Positions 7,560 to 16,100 of a stretch of 32,000 nt of DNA are shown here, one piece after another. Both the position numbers and the translations under genes were made by a program. Within the stretch, counting starts at the first letter, position 1. Each line of letters opens with the position of its first letter. The notes below the pieces were generated by a model, which did no database searches, had not been told where the DNA came from, and saw only the letters and a program-made list of their open reading frames with translations. The stretch is from Halogeometricum borinquense DSM 11551 (GTDB lineage: Archaea; Halobacteriota; Halobacteria; Halobacteriales; Haloferacaceae), in assembly GCF_000172995.2 (NCBI RefSeq), contig NC_014729.1:1800001-1832000 (forward strand), given 5' to 3'.

Positions 7560-9035
7560 TCAGTATTTGAACGTTCGTTCGGTGTCGCTCTTCGGGATGG
7601 TTACGTTCGTCCCGATACCGTCAGTCCACCCCGCCTCTCTGGAGTGAGCTACGGTAGATCCCGCGGCGTCTTCGCTTCCGGGCGAACCGGTCACGGTCGA
7701 TTCGGGAACATCGAACGGCCGGGAGGCGGCCGACGCCGCAGCGTACGCGTTCAGCCCCTCTTCTCGACTCGTTTGTTCGAGAATGTACTCGGTTTGGGCG
7801 GGCGTGAGGTTGCCCTGCGAGGCGACGAGTGCGGCCGCACCGCCGACGAACGGCGTCGCAGCCGAGGTCCCGTAGAACGCGCCGCTGGAGTCGGTTTCGA
7901 CCCCATCGGGTGCCGAGAGATCGACTGTCCCGTCCGCACCGAGCGAACTGTACGACCGGACACTTCCGTTCGGCCCGAGTGCGCCGACGGTGATGATACC
8001 TTTCCCGGTGGTCGGAGCGACGACGCTTCCTCTCGGATCAGTGTTCGACAGCCGATGTCGCGCCGAGAATAACTGTACCGTTCCCGGGTCAGCGATGCCG
8101 CTGCGTGCGTAGATGGCGACGTAGTAGTGTCCTTCAGGAACGACGACGTCTATCGCCTCCATACCGCCGTACGACCGTCGAACTGACTTCGCAACGACCG
8201 GGTCGTCGGACCCCGGTAGGTCGCGGTACAGATACAGATCGTAGTCGGCAGGGGAGTCCCACTGGGCGCGGATCGACACCTGCCCCGAGATGGGACCAGT
8301 ACCGAGAGCGTTGGCCTGTCCATCGTCGGAGAAGTTGACCCATCCCGATTCGGTGCCGGTGCCGGACCAGTGGTGTCCGGCGTAGTTTCCGGCAGAGGTG
8401 ACATAGATAACGTCGTGGTCGATGGCGTACTGCGCCGTCTGCGACAGGTTCGCGGAGGCACTCATGGTCTTGGGGAAGTAACTTCCAGAGTCTACGATAA
8501 CGTCAACGTCGTGTTCGATCAACCAGCGGACTGCCTCGTGATATCGCTCGGGCGTCGGTTCCGAGCCGATGGCGGCGAGGTAGAGTTCTGACTTGGGAGC
8601 GGTACTGGTAACGATTTCACCAACGGCGGTGCCGTGGGACGTATCTCTGTGAGACCGCCGCCGTCCACCGAATCGTCTGTCGTCAGCGACGTGACTCGCG
8701 ATTGTCTTGGCGTCGGTGTCGAACGACTTGCCCACGATGCCGACGGTGACGCCTTCTCCTGTGATGCCGTTCGTGTGTGCCTCGAACGCACCGACAGATC
8801 GGAGGGCGTCGTACTGATCCACTACGTTGATTCGTTTGCGGATTCGCTCTCTTGCGCGCGCCTCACGCCCTTCGGGAGCATCCGCCGTAGCCGACGTGTC
8901 TATCGTCGGCACGTCATCACCCGTCGTCGGGTCGATAGTACCGCCGGTGAGGAAGACACTCACCGGTACTGCGGTCGATATGAGCAGAAGAACGGTCACG
9001 ACCACGACTGTCGCCTGTCCGCGAGGATGCCTCAT
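7560..9035 (-). CDS. S8 (subtilisin-like) family peptidase homologue, membrane-anchored or secreted, 491 aa (start trimmed to MRHPRGQ)
   Basis: His motif SHGTAVGEIV; oxyanion SAGNY; Ser motif GTSAATPFVGGAAAL; N-terminal hydrophobic anchor ATVVVVTVLLLISTAVPVSVFL. The canonical Asp motif is degenerate (VGIVGKSFD). The ATG at 9033-9035 lies 1 nt after the upstream stop. Confidence 0.85.
   Translation of the reverse strand: MRHPRGQATVVVVTVLLLISTAVPVSVFLTGGTIDPTTGDDVPTIDTSATADAPEGREARARERIRKRINVVDQYDALRSVGAFEAHTNGITGEGVTVGIVGKSFDTDAKTIASHVADDRRFGGRRRSHRDTSHGTAVGEIVTSTAPKSELYLAAIGSEPTPERYHEAVRWLIEHDVDVIVDSGSYFPKTMSASANLSQTAQYAIDHDVIYVTSAGNYAGHHWSGTGTESGWVNFSDDGQANALGTGPISGQVSIRAQWDSPADYDLYLYRDLPGSDDPVVAKSVRRSYGGMEAIDVVVPEGHYYVAIYARSGIADPGTVQLFSARHRLSNTDPRGSVVAPTTGKGIITVGALGPNGSVRSYSSLGADGTVDLSAPDGVETDSSGAFYGTSAATPFVGGAAALVASQGNLTPAQTEYILEQTSREEGLNAYAAASAASRPFDVPESTVTGSPGSEDAAGSTVAHSREAGWTDGIGTNVTIPKSDTERTFKY
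7563..7571 (-). promoter_or_regulatory. TATA-like box (TTCAAATAC) for the helicase gene, embedded in the last codons of the peptidase gene
   Basis: Centre is about 32 nt upstream of the ATG at 7535. Only 24 nt separate the peptidase stop from the helicase start. Confidence 0.35.
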
Positions 9036-9036
9036 C

Positions 9037-9669
9037 TCACTCCACGCGCGATTGATACGCGCGAACGGCGAGGAAAACGCCGAGGACGAGCAAGCCACCG
9101 CCGAGGAAAGCGACGCCCGGCGGGAGGAGGCCCAGCAGTGGCTCCGCCCCGCTGCCGACGCCGTCAATCACGCGCGGCGTCGTCTCCGGGCCACCGAGGT
9201 CTGTCACGCCAGCGCCGAACAGTGTCTGGACGGCAAGTGCGGAGACCAGCAGTGCCGCCCCCGCACCGACGTACTTGCCCAATCCGTCGAGAACCGAGTC
9301 CTTGTCCTGTGTTCCGCTGACACAGACGACGAGAGAGTCCTGTGTCGGAGCGTACACCTTCATCTCGCGTCCCTTCACGGAATAACGCGTATCGGCGACG
9401 CGTACGAGTCCCGCGTTTCTGAGATTGTCGAGATGGTGTCGGATATTCTGGAGGGAGGTATCGACGGTATCGGCGAGTTCCGACGCCGTGGAGGGCTCGC
9501 GCTGGAGGGCAGCGAATGTGTCGCGTGCGGTGTCCGAGGAAAGACACCCAATGAGTTGCTCCGCCTCGTCGTCCTCAAGCGAGAGGACCCGAAGGTCACC
9601 ATCGGCGTCCGCATCTCCGCTCGCGTCGGTGACGCCCGCGTCAGACGGTAGCAACCCGGCCATGCACAT
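9037..9669 (-). CDS. Membrane-tethered winged-helix (ArsR/TrmB-like) transcription regulator with two C-terminal TM helices (start 9669; alternatives 9663 and 9696)
   Basis: wHTH segment TFAALQREPSTASELADTVDTSLQNIRHHLDNLRNAGLVRV. TM helices YVGAGAALLVSALAVQTLFGAGV and GVAFLGGGLLVLGVFLAVRAY. A TATA-like TTTACT at 9688-9693 fits a leaderless start at 9669 or 9663. Confidence 0.72.
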   Translation of the reverse strand: MCMAGLLPSDAGVTDASGDADADGDLRVLSLEDDEAEQLIGCLSSDTARDTFAALQREPSTASELADTVDTSLQNIRHHLDNLRNAGLVRVADTRYSVKGREMKVYAPTQDSLVVCVSGTQDKDSVLDGLGKYVGAGAALLVSALAVQTLFGAGVTDLGGPETTPRVIDGVGSGAEPLLGLLPPGVAFLGGGLLVLGVFLAVRAYQSRVE

Positions 9670-9734
9670 CCGTTCTGTCGTGTCAGTAGTAAACATTTCG
9701 GACGTAACACCGCAGTGTAACATACTCGCATAGG

Positions 9735-10916
9735 TCAGATCGCCGACGCTCGACGGGTTGTTCCCGGAATCTGACCGGTCACGTAGAGCAGTGTTAGAAC
9801 TGCGACGACGCCAGCCAGACAGAACGCGAACGTTCGAAACACCGTATCGAAGGCGTACCCGTATCCGGTAAGAAAGCCGACGACGCCGCTCCCGCTCGCT
9901 TCGAGCAGGAGTGAAACGCCGCTGAAGACGGCGTACGCACTGCTTCGGACCGCCGCGGGAAGCGTGTCGAGTACCCACGAATCCAGCGCCGGAAACAGGC
10001 TGTGGATTGTGTAGCCGAGAACGGCGGTCACGACGAGAACAGGGGCGTATCCACTGACTTCTGTGAGTGCGAACAGCGCGGCGACGTAGACCGCGAGCGT
10101 TACGAGAATATAGGGGACTCGCGGGAATCGGTCCGCGAGTCGCCCCGAGAGCCAGAATGCCGGGACGCCCGCGGCGAAGACGACGGTGAGCATCGTACTC
10201 GCCTGCGCCGTCGTGAACGGCTTGGCATCGACGAGGTAGGAGACGTAGAAGTTGAACAGGCCTTGCCAGACGAACCCGGCAGTCGAAATCATCAGCATGC
10301 CGACGAAGATGAGTCGCCAGTGGCGGAGTGCGCCGAGGAAGTCGCGGTCCGTATCCGTCTCAACTACCGCGTCAACGCCGCGAGCGGTGTACGCGAGAAC
10401 GACGGTCACGGCGGCCGCGAGGGCGGCGAGAAGCCAGAACGTGGTGCGCCAGTCTTCGAGAGCGACGAACGTGACAACGACCGGTGCGGCGACGACGGCA
10501 GCGAGTTGGGCCGCAGTGCCGTGGACGCCAATCGCGCGCCCGACGGCGTCAGGATAGAGTTCTCCGACGAGCGGAACGGCGGCGACGAAGTACGCGCCCG
10601 AGGCGAGGCCGATGCCGAACGCGCCGACCTGCACGGTTCGGATCGACGATGCGGTGGCGGTGAACGCGGCGGTAACGGTGAGAAGCGCGCCCGTCCCGAG
10701 GACGACGCGGTGGCGCGGGATATGCGTGAGGAGGTAGCCGACCGGAATACGCGGCAGCGCCGTTCCGACCCACACTAACGTCGTCATCAGTCCCACCGCT
10801 TCCGGACTGGCACCGAGTTGGTTCTGGAACGTCTCGACCAACGGCGCGAACGCCGTCCGTCCGAAGTTGACGAGGAAAACTAACCCACAGAGCGTCCCGA
10901 ACAGTCGTCGCGTCAC
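9735..10916 (-). CDS. MFS transporter (start uncertain; GTG at 10916 proposed)
   Basis: About 12 hydrophobic helices and an MFS-like loop GYLLTHIPRHRVV. No ATG lies upstream of the first TM helix (LFGTLCGLVFLVNFG) except far-upstream ones that overlap the divergent nnr gene. GTG at 10914-10916 is the only canonical candidate. Confidence 0.75.
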   Translation of the reverse strand: MTRRLFGTLCGLVFLVNFGRTAFAPLVETFQNQLGASPEAVGLMTTLVWVGTALPRIPVGYLLTHIPRHRVVLGTGALLTVTAAFTATASSIRTVQVGAFGIGLASGAYFVAAVPLVGELYPDAVGRAIGVHGTAAQLAAVVAAPVVVTFVALEDWRTTFWLLAALAAAVTVVLAYTARGVDAVVETDTDRDFLGALRHWRLIFVGMLMISTAGFVWQGLFNFYVSYLVDAKPFTTAQASTMLTVVFAAGVPAFWLSGRLADRFPRVPYILVTLAVYVAALFALTEVSGYAPVLVVTAVLGYTIHSLFPALDSWVLDTLPAAVRSSAYAVFSGVSLLLEASGSGVVGFLTGYGYAFDTVFRTFAFCLAGVVAVLTLLYVTGQIPGTTRRASAI

Positions 10917-11024
10917 GGCCGTCGGTTCGGTAACCGGCGTGAGGAAGGTATCGGAAGGGGCGAACGGTGTGTGGGAAATGTACGTGAAGTGGGTGGACCC
11001 GTGTGACGACCGCGAGGCCACCCC

Positions 11025-11030
11025 ATTTAC
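11025..11030 (+). promoter_or_regulatory. TATA-like box (ATTTAC) for nnr
   Basis: Centre is about 28 nt upstream of the ATG at 11056, which supports the trimmed start. Confidence 0.4.
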
Positions 11031-11055
11031 GACGCCACCCGACGAACGCCCGGCT

Positions 11056-12486
11056 ATGATAACGAGCGACCGAATGGCCGCGGTTGACGAAAACGCCGAG
11101 GCGTTCGGCGTACCGCGGAAGCAACTGATGGAGTCGAGCGGTAACGCCGTCGCTCGGGCCGTCCGCGACATCGCCGACCCGGGCGCGCAGGTGGCCGTCG
11201 TCGCCGGACGCGGAAACAACGGCGGCGATGCGTTCGTTGCCGTTCGCTTTTTGGACGATTACGACGTGACCGTCCACCTCCTCGGCAGACCAGAAACGAT
11301 TTCGACGGATATCGCCCGCGAGAACTGGGATGCGCTCGAAGCGTCCGAGTACGACACCCGAACCGTGACCGATTCGAAGGCGCTCGGTCTGGGCGACCCG
11401 GATGTCGTCGTTGATGCGATGCTCGGCACGGGGGTCACCGGCGCGCTCCGCGAACCCGAGGCGACGGCCGCCGAGGCGGTGAACGACCTCGATGCGACAG
11501 TCGTTGCGGTTGATGTACCTTCCGGCGTGGACGCCGATACGGGGACAGCCGCGGGCGTCGCTGTCGATGCGGACCGCGTAGTCACGTTCCACGACGAGAA
11601 GCCCGGACTCGCTTCGCTGGACGCTGCGGTAACCGTTGCAGACATCGGTATTCCGGCGGCGGCGGAGCTGTTCGTCGGACCCGGTGACTTGCACCACACC
11701 CGACGGTCGCAGAGTCACAAAGGCGACCACGGCGAAGTCCTCGTCGTCGGTGGCGGGCCGTACACCGGTGCCCCTGCTCTCTCGGCGCAGGCCGCACTCC
11801 GCGCGGGTGCTGATCTCGTGCGAGTCGCCTGTCCCAAGTCGGTCGCGCGCGAAATCCAAGGCTACAGCGAGAACCTCATCGTCCGTCCGTTCGATGGCGA
11901 TCATCTCCAACCGTCCCACGTCGATGGACTCACAGCACTCGCGGCCGATCACGACGTGGTCGTTTTCGGCCCCGGACTCGGCGACGAGGATGCCACGCTC
12001 GACGCAGTGGCCGACTTCCTCGAATCGTACGAGGGAACCGCCGTCGTAGACGCCGACGCGCTCCAAGTCGTTCCCGAGGTAGACACCGACGCGACGCTGG
12101 TCTGTACGCCGCACCAGGGCGAACTGTTGAAGATGGGCGGCAAGACAGCGGACGACTGGCGCGAGCGGACGGATCTCGTCGAGTCGTTCGCCGCCGAACT
12201 AGGACACGTCCTCCTCGTGAAGGGTGCGTACGACATCATCTCCGACGGCGAGGTGACGCGCGTCAACCGGACGGGGAACCCGGGGATGACCGTCGGCGGC
12301 ACGGGCGACGTTCTTGCGGGAACGACGGGCGCACTCGCCTGCGTCCGCAACGCCAGACATGCGGCCGCCGTCGGCGCGTACGCCAACGGGAGAGCGGGCG
12401 ACGCCGCCGTCGAGGAGAACGGATACGGTCTCCTCGCTACCGACTTGGTTGACCGTCTGCCCGTGGCCCTCCGGAGGGACGAATGA
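11056..12486 (+). CDS. nnr: Bifunctional NAD(P)H-hydrate repair enzyme Nnr (epimerase / ADP-dependent dehydratase; YjeF N+C)
   Basis: YjeF-N motif AGRGNNGGDAFVA. C-terminal kinase-like motifs HKGDHGEVLVVGGGPYTGAPALSAQAALRAGADLV and GNPGMTVGGTGDVLAG. Confidence 0.9.
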   Translation: MITSDRMAAVDENAEAFGVPRKQLMESSGNAVARAVRDIADPGAQVAVVAGRGNNGGDAFVAVRFLDDYDVTVHLLGRPETISTDIARENWDALEASEYDTRTVTDSKALGLGDPDVVVDAMLGTGVTGALREPEATAAEAVNDLDATVVAVDVPSGVDADTGTAAGVAVDADRVVTFHDEKPGLASLDAAVTVADIGIPAAAELFVGPGDLHHTRRSQSHKGDHGEVLVVGGGPYTGAPALSAQAALRAGADLVRVACPKSVAREIQGYSENLIVRPFDGDHLQPSHVDGLTALAADHDVVVFGPGLGDEDATLDAVADFLESYEGTAVVDADALQVVPEVDTDATLVCTPHQGELLKMGGKTADDWRERTDLVESFAAELGHVLLVKGAYDIISDGEVTRVNRTGNPGMTVGGTGDVLAGTTGALACVRNARHAAAVGAYANGRAGDAAVEENGYGLLATDLVDRLPVALRRDE

Positions 12487-13016
12487 CCGACGAGACACCG
12501 GTCGGCGGTGCTGACGGCGACAGCGAGGACGGAACCGGCGACGAACGGGACTTGACGCACGTGGATGAGGAGGGGAACGTCCAGATGGTCGATGTGGGTT
12601 CGAAACCCGACACCCGCCGCCGCGCCGTCGCTCGGGGGACGATTCACCTCACCGAATCGACCGTCGATGCGATTCGAGACGACCAAATTGGGAAGGGAGA
12701 CGTGCTGGCGACGGCGCGAATCGGCGCGATTCAGGCCGTCAAGCACACGTGGGAGACCATCCCGATGTGCCATCAAATACCCATCACGAACGTCGAAACC
12801 ACCTTCGATGTGGCCGACGAGCGTGTGACGCTCACGGTCACCGTCGAGACGACGGGGAAAACAGGGTGTGAGATGGAAGCGTTGGAGGGCGTCACCACCG
12901 GCCTCAACGTCGTCTGGGACATGGTGAAAGCGGCGGAGAAAGACGACGACGGCCAGTATCCCGACACGCAAATCTCCGACGTACAAGTGGTGTCAAAAGA
13001 GAAACACCAGGAGTGA
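12483..13016 (+). CDS. moaC: Cyclic pyranopterin monophosphate synthase MoaC
   Basis: MVDVGSKPDTRRRAVARG, IPMCHQIP and TGKTGCEMEALEGV motifs. The ATG overlaps the nnr stop (ATGA at 12483-12486). Confidence 0.92.
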   Translation: MTDETPVGGADGDSEDGTGDERDLTHVDEEGNVQMVDVGSKPDTRRRAVARGTIHLTESTVDAIRDDQIGKGDVLATARIGAIQAVKHTWETIPMCHQIPITNVETTFDVADERVTLTVTVETTGKTGCEMEALEGVTTGLNVVWDMVKAAEKDDDGQYPDTQISDVQVVSKEKHQE

Positions 13017-13113
13017 TCGAAATACGACAAAGACACCGATACGTACCTGTCGTCGGTTCTGTTCCCAATACGTAAATCATCCAATAGTTATCAGAAATGA
13101 TATCCTTTCGGTA

Positions 13114-13123
13114 TTTATATAAA
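13114..13123 (+). promoter_or_regulatory. TATA box (TTTATATAAA) of the surface glycoprotein gene
   Basis: Strong AT box centred about 28 nt upstream of the ATG at 13146, so the transcript is predicted to be leaderless. Confidence 0.55.
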
Positions 13124-13145
13124 TGGATGACCACCACGCCTGTCC

Positions 13146-16100
13146 ATGGAGGGGCATCCTACACGGGTAGTTACAGTAACAGTTGCGGCACTGGTGATTC
13201 TGGCGAGTCTTCCTGCCGGAATCATCGGTGTTGCGTCCGCGGAGACGCCGACGGTTCCACCGGAATCTCCGGGCTTGAACGTCACGACCGAGACGAGAAC
13301 GGTCGGTTCGACGTCGAACGTCACCGTCGCCTATAATCTCACAGGTGAGATTGACGCCGCGGACGTGCGACTCGAACTGTGGAACGGGACGACGCGGTAT
13401 AACCAATCAGCGCCGGGACAGACAGAGGGCACGCTGAATCTCACGGTTCCGGCGTCGCTACCGGGGGGCGATCACCGGGTTCGCGTCATCGCTATGAACA
13501 CGAGTACGCTCACGTCGAACGCCTCGGCGGCGGCCGTTGTCGAGACGAACTCGCCGGTCGTAATCGAGGACTACAATCTCTCTACGACGACGCCCGCAAC
13601 GGGCGAGGAGGTGACGGTCAACGTCACGCTCAACAACACGGTGGGGTCACAGCAGAACTTCTCGACTCGCGTCTACAAGTCTGATAGCGCAATCGCCGAC
13701 GCCAACAACACGACCGTTTCGCTCACTGCGAACGGGCAGACGCACGTCGAACTGAACGTCTCGTACAGTTCCGATTCGACCAACAACCTGACCGTCAACG
13801 ACGAACCATCGACAGAAGTGACCGTCGGTGACTCTGGCGGATCAGGTTCGGGCGGATCCACCTACACGTCCGTTTCGGCCGGGAACGTCACACTCCCCGT
13901 CGGGCAATCCGGGACGTTCGATGTGACGTACGACCTCGGTGACGAGATCGACACGGCTGATGCGAAACTGGAGGTATCGAACTTCACCACGACGCTCGAC
14001 ACGAACACGTCGCTCGTGGACAACGACACCGTCCAGATGAGTCTCCCGAAACAGTCGATGGCGGGCGACAAGCGACTACAAGTCGCCGTGCGGAACACGT
14101 CGTCCGACTTCGTCGTCGCGCAGTCGGTCCTCAACGTCTCCGTGCGGGGGAACGTCACGGTCGAATCGGTGACGCCGCCCACAACGGCAGTCGCATCGGC
14201 GGCCAAGAACGTCTCGGTGACGCTGAACAACACCGGATCGTCGTCTGAGTCGTTCGAAATCTCCGTCTTCGACGACGCGACGAGTCGGTTCCCCGTCGGT
14301 TCGAAGTTCGTCAGCGTGCCGGGGAACACGAAGACGATCTACAACGTCTCCGCGTCGTACTCGGAGGGGACGCGAACGACGTATCTTGGCAACGAGAGCT
14401 ACGGGACGACGACGGTGTATCCGGCCGCGACAGTCGATTCGGTGACGCACGTTTCCGGACCTGCCAACAATACGGCCCTCTCTACGTCGGTCGATTCAGG
14501 CGGGATGCTGACCGTGGAACTCCGTAACGGTACCGACCAAGACCTCGCGCCGACCGGTCTCACCGAAAGTTCCCGCTTCGAGGTCGTCGTTCACCTGAAC
14601 CACTCGGTCGATCCGGGGCTCGTCATCGCCAACGCGCGGAACGTCTCGTGGTCGGTACAGAACACCTCCGAACACTACGTCGTCACTATCGCCGCGCAAC
14701 CGCTCGAATCGCAGTTCATGGCGAACGCGCCCAGTCTGGACAACTGGGACTCGCTGTCAGATTCGGAGGACAAGGCGGACGACAAACTGCTCTGGTACTC
14801 CATCTCGTTCATCGACGAGGACGCGTTGTACAACCAGAACATGACGAACATGACCATCGCAACGGACGCGCAGACGTTCGGGTCGCCGCGGTACGACGAG
14901 GCCAACGACTCGATCAACATCGAACTCGCGGCACCCCACTACACCGTCTCGGACACGCAGAACGACGGCATCTACCAGGCGACGATTCCGAGTACGATGC
15001 TCGGACAGTGGGGCGTCTCCAATCCCGACAACCTCACCGGGACGTACCAAGGGCAGTCGCGGTCGATAACGACCACGAGCAACGACGACGGGAGCATCGA
15101 CATCTCGATGAACATCCACTACTCCAGCGGGGAGGTGTCGCTCAGTCCGGACGCATCGGGCGACGATACCAGTTCGTCGGGAGACGATGACACTTCCAGC
15201 GACGACTCATCCACTGACGATACATCGAGTTCGTCCGACTCGGACGACGATGACGACTCGTCAACCGATTCGACCGACGACTCGACGACTGACGACTCAA
15301 CTGATGACACGACAACTGAAACCACAACGACCGACGACGCCGAAACCAACGAATCCGACGACGCATCGAACGAGACGGACCTCCTGCCGGAACTGACCGG
15401 CGAGGTCAAAGAAGTGGCGGCAATCCAGAACACCGACGGCAGCAGTTCCGCGGTGGTCGAGAACGTCACCGCGAACGAGACGGTTCGCATCCGTCTGTCG
15501 AACAAGTCTACGGACGCACAGAACGCAACGTCCAACACGTCCGTCAGCGACGATATCGGTGAGAACGCCACGGAGAACGATTCGGCGGGCGCGACGAACG
15601 CTTCCGACCGTCCGGCGGTGAACGGACTCGACTTGAACCTGCGTAACGACACAGATTCGCTCGGCGTCAACGTCTCCGATTCGGACACCGTGCCCGACGG
15701 GACGCCCGAGTTGGAGAGTCAATCCGACGACGCCGAGGCCGTCGGCTACCTCTCTATCGACGTGTCGGGAACCACCGACGACGACATCGAGAACGCGACG
15801 ATCACGTTCTCCGTCCCGGCGGCGAAACTGGCGGCAACGAATACGTCGTCCGACGACGTGACGCTCCACCGGTACCACGACGGCGAGTGGCAAACGCTGG
15901 AGACGACTCACTTGGGCGGCGACCGCTACGCTGCAGAGACACCGGGGTTCTCCGTCTTCGCAGTGAGTATGAAAAAGTCGATGACGGCCGACACGGACAC
16001 GAAGACGACCGCTGCGGAGACGACGGCGACCGAGGAATCGACACCGCAGTCGAGCGAGACTGAAACGGCGTCTGCGTCCCCGACGAAGACAAGTACGGGC

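Noticed and set aside
9036-9167. N-terminal extension of the peptidase ORF (track start 9167); similar extensions at 9670-9978 (wHTH), 10917-11219 (MFS), 10867-11055 (nnr), 17593-17658 (hflX) and 17711-17869 (FUN14)
   Set aside because: The extensions overlap neighbouring genes or promoters and are Arg/Ser-rich junk-like sequence. Several begin with GTG or TTG. Internal ATGs have proper TATA spacing and homologue-like N-termini.
7287-9651. Plus-strand ORFs of 261, 228 and 274 aa opposite the helicase start, peptidase and wHTH genes
   Set aside because: They are Arg-rich, without motifs, and antisense to genes with clear catalytic or HTH/TM features.
5130-9669. Three-gene operon wHTH-peptidase-XPD helicase as a functional system
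   Set aside because: Only the first two genes are tightly coupled, with a 1-nt gap. The helicase has a plausible own TATA element, and XPD/Rad3 is a conserved stand-alone repair gene, so co-function is not supported by sequence alone.
10002-10778. 258-aa acidic plus-strand ORF opposite the MFS transporter
   Set aside because: Its acidic composition is superficially halophile-like. However, the minus strand encodes about 12 regular hydrophobic helices, and the plus ORF is rich in alternating Arg/Asp/Glu/Gly low complexity.
10549-12114. 521-aa minus-strand ORF, the longest unassigned ORF in the track
   Set aside because: It is antisense to nnr and overlaps the MFS gene out of frame. It is Arg/Gly/Val-rich with no motifs, while nnr on the opposite strand has unambiguous YjeF motifs. 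This is a typical high-GC shadow ORF.
12596-12608. tRNA T-arm-like sequence GGGTTCGAAACCC
   Set aside because: It lies inside the conserved MVDVGSKPDTRRR segment of moaC. The flanks cannot form acceptor, D or anticodon stems.
11949-12986. 345-aa minus-strand ORF across the nnr/moaC junction
   Set aside because: It is antisense to two genes with clear catalytic motifs, and its composition is typical of shadow frames.
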